Shown piece after piece: positions 45,179 through 51,104 of a DNA stretch of 51,104 nt. The notes under the pieces are model-generated. The model made no database searches. It was not told where the DNA came from and saw nothing but the letters and a program-made list of their open reading frames with translations. The position numbers and the translations under genes were made by a program. The stretch comes from an uncultured Verrucomicrobia subdivision 3 bacterium (GTDB taxonomy: Bacteria; Verrucomicrobiota; Verrucomicrobiia; Limisphaerales; UBA11358), in assembly GCA_903833055.1 (NCBI GenBank), contig CAILDU010000188.1, positions 1 through 51,104 of the forward strand, written 5' to 3'. The stretch's first letter is position 1. Every line of letters starts with the position of its first letter.

Positions 45179-46132
45179 ATGAATTTTCTCGTCACCGGCG
45201 GCGCGGGCTTCATCGGCTCGCACGTTTGCGAACGCCTGCTCCACGACGGCCACCGCGTCTGGGCGTTCGATGACCTGAACGATTTTTACGATCCGCAAAT
45301 TAAGCGGCGCACGCTCGCGGACATCGCGGCACTCGGCAAACCGTTCACTTTTGTTCACGGCGATGTCACGGACGTTCGCGCGGTGAATGAACTTTTTTCT
45401 GCAACGAAATTTGATCAAATCATTCATCTCGCCGCGCGCGCGGGTGTGCGTCCGAGCTTGGAACAACCGGCGCTTTACCAACGCGTGAATGTCGAAGGCA
45501 CGGTCAACCTACTCGAAGCTGCGCGCAAAACGGGCGTGAAGAAAATCACCATCGCGTCGTCGTCGTCCGTTTATGGCGTGAATGCGAAAGTTCCGTTCAG
45601 CGAAAGCGACCTGATTTTTTCCGCCATCTCGCCTTACGCTGCCAGCAAACTCGCGTGCGAAGCGCTCGGACACACTTACCATCATGTTTACGGCTTCGAC
45701 GTGGCGATGCTGCGTTTCTTCACGGTTTACGGCCCGCGCCAACGACCGGATTTGGCGATTCATAAATTCACGAAGCTGATTGACGCGGGCAAACCGATTC
45801 CCGTTTTCGGCGATGGCAGCACGGCGCGCGACCACACTTTTGTGACGGACATTCTCGACGGCATTCTCGCCTGCACGAAAAAGGAATTTGGTTTTGAAAT
45901 TTTCAACCTCGGCGAATCGCAGACCATTCGCTTGGATCAATTGATTTCGCTCATCGAATCCGCGCTCGGCAAAAAAGCCGTCATTGACCGGCAACCATTG
46001 CAGCCCGGCGACGTGCCGATCACTTTCGCCGACATTTCCAAAGCGCAAAAAATGCTCGGCTACAATCCGCAGGTGAAAGCGGAAAAAGGCATTCCGTTAT
46101 TTGTTGATTGGTTCCGCAAAAACCGGCACTAA
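45179..46132 (+). CDS. NAD-dependent nucleotide-sugar epimerase (UDP-glucuronate 4-epimerase-like)
   Basis: TGGAGFIG, HLAARAGVRPS, ASSSSVYG, YAASK, RFFTVYGPRQRPD. Confidence 0.92.
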   Translation: MNFLVTGGAGFIGSHVCERLLHDGHRVWAFDDLNDFYDPQIKRRTLADIAALGKPFTFVHGDVTDVRAVNELFSATKFDQIIHLAARAGVRPSLEQPALYQRVNVEGTVNLLEAARKTGVKKITIASSSSVYGVNAKVPFSESDLIFSAISPYAASKLACEALGHTYHHVYGFDVAMLRFFTVYGPRQRPDLAIHKFTKLIDAGKPIPVFGDGSTARDHTFVTDILDGILACTKKEFGFEIFNLGESQTIRLDQLISLIESALGKKAVIDRQPLQPGDVPITFADISKAQKMLGYNPQVKAEKGIPLFVDWFRKNRH

Positions 46133-46153
46133 TGGAATTATTCAGTTAGCGCA

Positions 46154-46735
46154 ATGAGCGATAAAAAAATCACCCGGCCGCAGTTTCGCGAGGCGCTTGC
46201 CGCTTGGCAGGAAGTTCTCGCCGCGCGCAATTTGCCCGCCGAGCCGCTCTGGATTTTTGCTGAAAATCTTTGCTTCGAACCGTCGCTCGCGATTCCCGGC
46301 AGCCTGCGCGTCGGTTTTCAAACGCGCTTTACGCCGCCAGCGGACGACGCGTTGGAAATTGCCTACGACCAATTTTCCGAGACTGGTGCGCGCATGGTTT
46401 TTTATCGGCTCGGTTCTTCGCCGCGTGGTTCCATTTGCATTTTGTTGTGCGATGACTGGTTTGCCGAACGCAATGAGCGCGACGGCTTTCAACGCCGTGA
46501 TGATTGGGGAATTTCATTTTACCCCGGCGTCAGCGGCGACATTGAAGAAGTCACCGACCTGCCCCGCTGGGTGCGCCGCGTGAAACAAAACTACGCCTTC
46601 CGCGATTTTGATTTTGCGATGTCGCTCGCCACGATTGATGAAATAAAAATCCACGGCCGCACGCTGCAACCTTACGAGCGTTTTGCGGAAACGATGCTGA
46701 ACCGTCTGCGCCGGATGATGGGCAATCCCGCCTGA
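46154..46735 (+). CDS. Hypothetical protein (193 aa)
   Basis: ATG start 21 bp after the epimerase, fills the gap up to mlaD, host-like codon usage; no family recognised. Confidence 0.75.
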   Translation: MSDKKITRPQFREALAAWQEVLAARNLPAEPLWIFAENLCFEPSLAIPGSLRVGFQTRFTPPADDALEIAYDQFSETGARMVFYRLGSSPRGSICILLCDDWFAERNERDGFQRRDDWGISFYPGVSGDIEEVTDLPRWVRRVKQNYAFRDFDFAMSLATIDEIKIHGRTLQPYERFAETMLNRLRRMMGNPA

Positions 46736-46737
46736 AA

Positions 46738-47907
46738 TTACTTCCGTGTGGCTTTTGCGGGCGGCGCGTTCGTCGCCTTGGTCTTGAATGCGGAACGCAG
46801 CAGCCAGTGGCGTTTCAAACCCTGCACCAAATCGTCTGCGTCAATCACCGCTTTGGAAATGCCGGCGAGCATATTGGAGTTCGACTGCACCTGGACATTT
46901 AAGTTGCTCGTGATGCCCGCGAGATTTTCCAGCGTCGCGCCAACTTGCAACGTCAGCAAATTCAAATTGGTGTCCACATTGATAACCAGCGCATTTGCGT
47001 TTGTAACCAATGGCTGCGCGGCGATCAGCGTGCTATTCAAATTGGAAGTTGCATTCGCCGCGTTGTCCAGCACGGTGGAAATTTTATTCGTCAGGCTCAA
47101 AATATTTGGCAGCGCGATTTCAATTTGACCGACAAGTTTATCCAGCCGCTCGGCCACGGGCACGGATTCCAGCGCGGGCAATTCCATCGGCGGACTATTT
47201 TTGTGATCGTAAAAATCGTAGCGATGCAACGGCTCGCGCCACACGGCCACGATGGCTTTACCGCGAGCCTTGTTGTTGTAGGCAAAAACGGAATTGGATT
47301 CCAGATTCAGACTCGCGAGCAAATCCAGATTCGATTGCACCAGCCCGTCGTAAGGTTGATAAGGTTTGAAAATAATGTTGGATTGCGCGTCAAAAACAAA
47401 TTGCGACAACTGCCATTCGCCCGGTTGCGCGGCGACGAGTTCTTTCAACTCGGAAATCGTTTTGTAAAAAATCGGTTGCGTCACGCAGAGCGCGTAGCCG
47501 TTCGTTCCGCGCGTCACTTCAAGCTGGCTCGTGCCGAGAAAACCGGAGTTCACCTTCACATACGAACCGCCGGTCCAGATGTAGCGGAAATAATTATCGC
47601 GCACTTCAAATTCCACGCGGACATTGTGCGGATTGCCCGGTTCCATTGCGTGAATCCGCGTAATGTCGCCGACGGGAAAACCCATCATCACGACGGGATC
47701 GCCCACTTTCAACCCCGCCGAACTTTGGACGTAAGTGGCGAATTGCGCCTTCGTCAGAAACCAGCCTTTGCGCTCCGCCGTGTGATAAATGTAATAGCCA
47801 AAACCAAAGAGCAGCAGTGCGCTCGCGAGGAACACAAACCAACCGACGGCGCGTTCCATTTTGTTGAGGCGCGTTCGCAGTTGCGGGGTCAAATCTTGCA
47901 GCGGCAT
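46738..47907 (-). CDS. mlaD: MCE/MlaD family protein
   Basis: TM, AGLKVGDPVVMMGFPVGDI MCE motif, coiled-coil tail. Confidence 0.88.
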   Translation of the reverse strand: MPLQDLTPQLRTRLNKMERAVGWFVFLASALLLFGFGYYIYHTAERKGWFLTKAQFATYVQSSAGLKVGDPVVMMGFPVGDITRIHAMEPGNPHNVRVEFEVRDNYFRYIWTGGSYVKVNSGFLGTSQLEVTRGTNGYALCVTQPIFYKTISELKELVAAQPGEWQLSQFVFDAQSNIIFKPYQPYDGLVQSNLDLLASLNLESNSVFAYNNKARGKAIVAVWREPLHRYDFYDHKNSPPMELPALESVPVAERLDKLVGQIEIALPNILSLTNKISTVLDNAANATSNLNSTLIAAQPLVTNANALVINVDTNLNLLTLQVGATLENLAGITSNLNVQVQSNSNMLAGISKAVIDADDLVQGLKRHWLLRSAFKTKATNAPPAKATRK

Positions 47908-47919
47908 AAAATTATCGGG

Positions 47920-48708
47920 TCACATGATTGCGCCAGTTGGCTCGACCAGCAATTCTTTTACGGCGGAGCTGGCGGACGATGCGACTTCGTTCCAGACGCC
48001 AATCACGGAAAAAACCTTTTCATCCAGCACGGCAAATTTTCTTTGCGGATGCCGCCACGAACGCAAATCGTCGGTGCTCGCAATAATTGTCAGCGGCTGA
48101 CCGCCGAACCAAGAGTGGCCGAGACGGAGTTGTTCGAGAAATTGCAGCAGCCATTGGCGATGTCGCACGCCGAGTCCGCCCAGCGGTTGGTCGAGCAACA
48201 GCAATTCCGGCTTCAAAATCAAGGCGCGAGCGAGCGCGGCGCGCTGCCGCCAGTTGGCCGCGAGATTGGCCGAAGTGGAATCGGCAAACGGCGTCAGCTC
48301 CATGATTTCCAATAGTTTTTCTACCGTATCTGCAACTTCGGAATCAGAAAGATTTTTTTGATAGCGCAGCGGCAGCGCGACATTTTCCGCGACGGTCAGG
48401 CTGTTGAATAATTTTCCACCGGCGAAAACAAAACCGACGCGCAGGCGTTCCGCGAGTTGCGCTTCGCCGAAGGAATTGGTTTCGCAGCCGAACAAACGGC
48501 AGCTTCCGCGCGTGGGCAAAAGCAGGCCGGCAGCGGTCATCAAAAAATCGCTTTTGCCGGATTGCGGCTGGCCGGCGACGATCCAAAATTCGCCGGGCGC
48601 GACGGACCAATTTACATTTTCGACGACGTTCAACGTCGAATCGCGCAGCGTGCTGATGGTTGCCCCGCGCATTTCGAGGATCGTGGAATTGGAAGTGGTT
48701 TCGCTCAT
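47920..48708 (-). CDS. mlaF: MlaF-like ABC ATP-binding protein with degenerate catalytic motifs
   Basis: GQPQSGKS, LFNSLTVAENVALPL, ALARAL..PELLLLDQP. Confidence 0.82.
   Translation of the reverse strand: MSETTSNSTILEMRGATISTLRDSTLNVVENVNWSVAPGEFWIVAGQPQSGKSDFLMTAAGLLLPTRGSCRLFGCETNSFGEAQLAERLRVGFVFAGGKLFNSLTVAENVALPLRYQKNLSDSEVADTVEKLLEIMELTPFADSTSANLAANWRQRAALARALILKPELLLLDQPLGGLGVRHRQWLLQFLEQLRLGHSWFGGQPLTIIASTDDLRSWRHPQRKFAVLDEKVFSVIGVWNEVASSASSAVKELLVEPTGAIM
48688..48708 (-). repeat. 21-bp imperfect direct repeat, copy at the mlaF start
   Basis: ATGAGCGAAACCACTTCCAAT; 18/21 identical to 49923-49943. Confidence 0.75.
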
Positions 48709-49881
48709 TTATTGCAATTGAACTGAACGATAAAATCTATGCCCAGAAACAGGAGAACTCGTGTCAATCCATAGATACGGACTATAAGGAAGTGAAAGAT
48801 TTGTTAAAATCAGCCAACTCGAATTCAGGCTGGTAGAATATTGAATTTGATAAGTTAATCCCGGTGTTCCGTTAATTGTGATTCCAGGATAAATTGATAA
48901 CGCAAGAATTGCTGGAGGGAAATTTGAAGGAGATGCCACGAGTCCAGACTGGTAAAGACTGTTGGTTCCAGAACCAATGAATATTCCTTGACCATATGTA
49001 ATAATTGAATTTGGGAAGCTGAAATAATTGGTCGCCACTTTTGTCCATGAATATCCATCTGAACTTGAAAAGATGCCGGCAGATCCATTTGCGGTTCCGC
49101 TATAGACAAACTGGCCTCCACCAAAAGTCAAAGTCCCAGACAATTGAAAAAGCCCGCTGTTTGTAGTCCAATTTGCAAGGTCAGCCGATGTATAAAAAAA
49201 GCTTTGAGAAAACCCATTTGCAACATATACACCGTTACCATATACGATTTTTCCAAAAGAGTTATTACTAGGATTTTGTGGGAAAGTATGGACGAATTGC
49301 CAAGTTACTCCGTCGAAAGATGAAAAAACGTATCCGCTTCCAAACAATTCGGCAATCAAGACAAAAGCGCCATTTGCGTATGTAATACAATTTGGATAAA
49401 AAACTGGCTGATACTCTGACCAGTTCCAATTTGGAGAGGCAATAGAAGCCGACAACAATTCATTCGTTCCAATAAAAACCCATGTTCCATTGCCATAGCT
49501 GGCGGAAACAAGAGGAACTGCATTTGTGTAAAGAGGATTCCAATTCAAGCCATTAGTTGATTGGTAAATGACTCTGGAAGTTGAGTTGCTCATTCCAAAC
49601 GTAACAAATAGTCCGTTTCCAAAAGCAACCCCAGCTGGGCTAAGTATTGGTGGACTGGCATAGGCTGTCCAATTTGAGCCATCATGGGAAATGAAACGCA
49701 ATCCACCACCCACACCAACAAATGTGCCATTCCCGTATGCAATGCTGTTTACAGGCGCGGGACCGCTAAAAACTTGGTTCCAGTTCGTCACTCCGCTTTG
49801 CGAAAAAGAGTTAGCTGCGAAAGCAAGGAAAGCGATTACCCAAATCATCTTCAACTTAAAGGCAGCTCTTATTTTTTCCAT
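48709..49881 (-). CDS. Secreted beta-propeller-like protein with YGNG.FV repeats and C-terminal FYR domain
   Basis: Signal peptide; about 7 repeats of [IV]AYGNG.[FWY]V...S.DG..W; C-terminal G.PG.TYQIQYST.L..W...RFYR; AT-rich. Confidence 0.85.
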   Translation of the reverse strand: MEKIRAAFKLKMIWVIAFLAFAANSFSQSGVTNWNQVFSGPAPVNSIAYGNGTFVGVGGGLRFISHDGSNWTAYASPPILSPAGVAFGNGLFVTFGMSNSTSRVIYQSTNGLNWNPLYTNAVPLVSASYGNGTWVFIGTNELLSASIASPNWNWSEYQPVFYPNCITYANGAFVLIAELFGSGYVFSSFDGVTWQFVHTFPQNPSNNSFGKIVYGNGVYVANGFSQSFFYTSADLANWTTNSGLFQLSGTLTFGGGQFVYSGTANGSAGIFSSSDGYSWTKVATNYFSFPNSIITYGQGIFIGSGTNSLYQSGLVASPSNFPPAILALSIYPGITINGTPGLTYQIQYSTSLNSSWLILTNLSLPYSPYLWIDTSSPVSGHRFYRSVQLQ

Positions 49882-49922
49882 AGTCTGAAAAGATAGTTAA
49901 CTTTATCGCGATTTTAATTGAT

Positions 49923-49943
49923 ATTGAAAGCTGTTTCGCTCAT
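49923..49943 (-). repeat. 21-bp imperfect direct repeat, copy overlapping the mlaE stop
   Basis: ATGAGCGAAACAGCTTTCAAT; opens a 9-aa stub MSETAFNIN*. Confidence 0.75.
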
Positions 49944-50821
49944 GTCACGAGATAAAGCACAATGAACACCGCGTCAATCAGCACGCAGACGACGACGCCT
50001 TGCGTGACCGCGCGCACGGCCACGCGCGAGACATCTTCGAGGCGCAGCGGTTGCGCGAGGCCGTGATAGCACGTCACGATGGCGATGAAAAATCCGAAGG
50101 TCATCGTCTTCAACGCGAGCAGCGCGAAGTCCAGCCAGTTTAATGCCTCGGCAATTTGTTTGAAATAATCGCCTGGCGTCAGTGGCACGTCCTGCAAAAA
50201 CGCAAACAGATAGCCACTCGCGAGTGCGCCGAGAATGAGATAAATCGTCAGCGCAAAAATTCCCAGCGCCATGCCGATGACGCGCGGCATGATGAGATAA
50301 TGCACGGGATCAATGCCGAGCGCTTCGAGCGCTTCGACTTCGCCGAGCGCGCGCGCGGTGCCGAGTTCGATGACGTTGGCCGTGCCGACGCGCGCGAGCA
50401 CGAGCATCGCGGTGAGCAGCGGGCCGAGTTCGCGCACGATGACAATGACCATTGTCGAACCGAGATAATCCGTCGCACCAACTTGCGCGAGCGCGGAAAC
50501 GGTTTGGCCAACAACGAGAAAACCCAATGCCAGTGCGACGAAAAAGAACATCGGCAACAGCGACACACCCGCGCGGTTGATTTCGTGACGGACGCGCGGC
50601 TGCATGACGCTGCGCGCGAAGCTGAATTTGTTGAGAATGACGCCAAGCGTGATGAGCGCAAACGCGCCGAGTCCTTGCACGGTGAGCAACGCGAGAAATA
50701 ATTTCCGGCCAAGCTGGTCGGTGTAGGATTTGGGCGTGGCGGCGTGACGGAACACTTGAAGGTTCGTCAGTTGAAATGCCTTTGCCAGATTGCCACGCAT
50801 GAATTGAATCGTAGGACGCAA
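49940..50821 (-). CDS. mlaE: MlaE-family ABC transporter permease
   Basis: IVRELGPLLTAMLVLARVG, EVEALEALGIDPVHYLIMPR, K...FG; exact start uncertain. Confidence 0.92.
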   Translation of the reverse strand: MRPTIQFMRGNLAKAFQLTNLQVFRHAATPKSYTDQLGRKLFLALLTVQGLGAFALITLGVILNKFSFARSVMQPRVRHEINRAGVSLLPMFFFVALALGFLVVGQTVSALAQVGATDYLGSTMVIVIVRELGPLLTAMLVLARVGTANVIELGTARALGEVEALEALGIDPVHYLIMPRVIGMALGIFALTIYLILGALASGYLFAFLQDVPLTPGDYFKQIAEALNWLDFALLALKTMTFGFFIAIVTCYHGLAQPLRLEDVSRVAVRAVTQGVVVCVLIDAVFIVLYLVT

Positions 50822-50858
50822 ACACTATGCGGTCAAAAGAGATTTTCCACCGCGCGAA

Positions 50859-51104
50859 TCATTTTTCCGTGATGACGGTGTCGCTGTGCTCGTAAGCGGG
50901 CGCGCAGCAGCAAAGCAAACGCAGCACTTCGTTGCCGGTGTTCCAAAGTTTGTGCTTCAAGCCGGGCGGAATGGCGAGGGCGTCGCCAATTTTCACATCG
51001 CGTGTTTCATTTTCGATACGGATTTTTCCCGCGCCGTGCGTGATGAAATAAATTTCTTCGGCGCGCGGATGAAAATGTTCCTGCGTCGCGCCGCCGACGG
51101 GCAG
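50859..51104 (-). CDS. Cupin-domain protein, 3' part (start outside the window)
   Basis: Manual translation LPVGGATQEHFHPRAEEIYFITHGAG...GDALAIPPGLKHKLWN...TVITEK*, with cupin HxH...E and IPPG..H motifs. Confidence 0.88.
   Translation of the reverse strand: MPVGGATQEHFHPRAEEIYFITHGAGKIRIENETRDVKIGDALAIPPGLKHKLWNTGNEVLRLLCCCAPAYEHSDTVITEK

Noticed and set aside
45056-46048. Minus-strand ORFs of 141 and 179 aa
   Set aside because: Antisense to a well-conserved epimerase gene

Overview
Bacterial chromosomal window, most likely Verrucomicrobiota of the Pedosphaera/Limisphaera type. This assignment is inferred from protein style, Ig/LamG-rich exported proteins and F[FY]R-ending C-terminal domains. 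The left ~13 kb, next to the 3' end of a tRNA-Gly(TCC), is an accessory glycan-use locus. It holds a >1100-aa LamG/Ig repeat protein missed by the ORF track, a NarL-type two-component system, a multidomain GH78 alpha-L-rhamnosidase and a 777-aa uncharacterised secreted protein. The kinase sensor domain is a paralogue of the CBM67-like module inside the rhamnosidase, and the same 20-bp palindrome sits upstream of both large secreted genes. The rest is mostly core genome: pyrC, scpAB, hemEN-Y-H, a class III cyclase, lgt-miaA-hemL, aspS, a solo HerA ATPase, a class IV aminotransferase, an L,D-transpeptidase, lemA-M48, pheT, a sugar epimerase and mlaEFD. Other oddities are heptamer repeats sitting in frame inside housekeeping genes, an AT-rich gene inserted in the mla operon between 21-bp duplicated start regions, a catalytically degenerate MlaF, and strong Thr-Asn enrichment in exported proteins. 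No integrase, transposase, rRNA or CRISPR array was seen. All family calls come from motif recognition by eye; no database searches were run.
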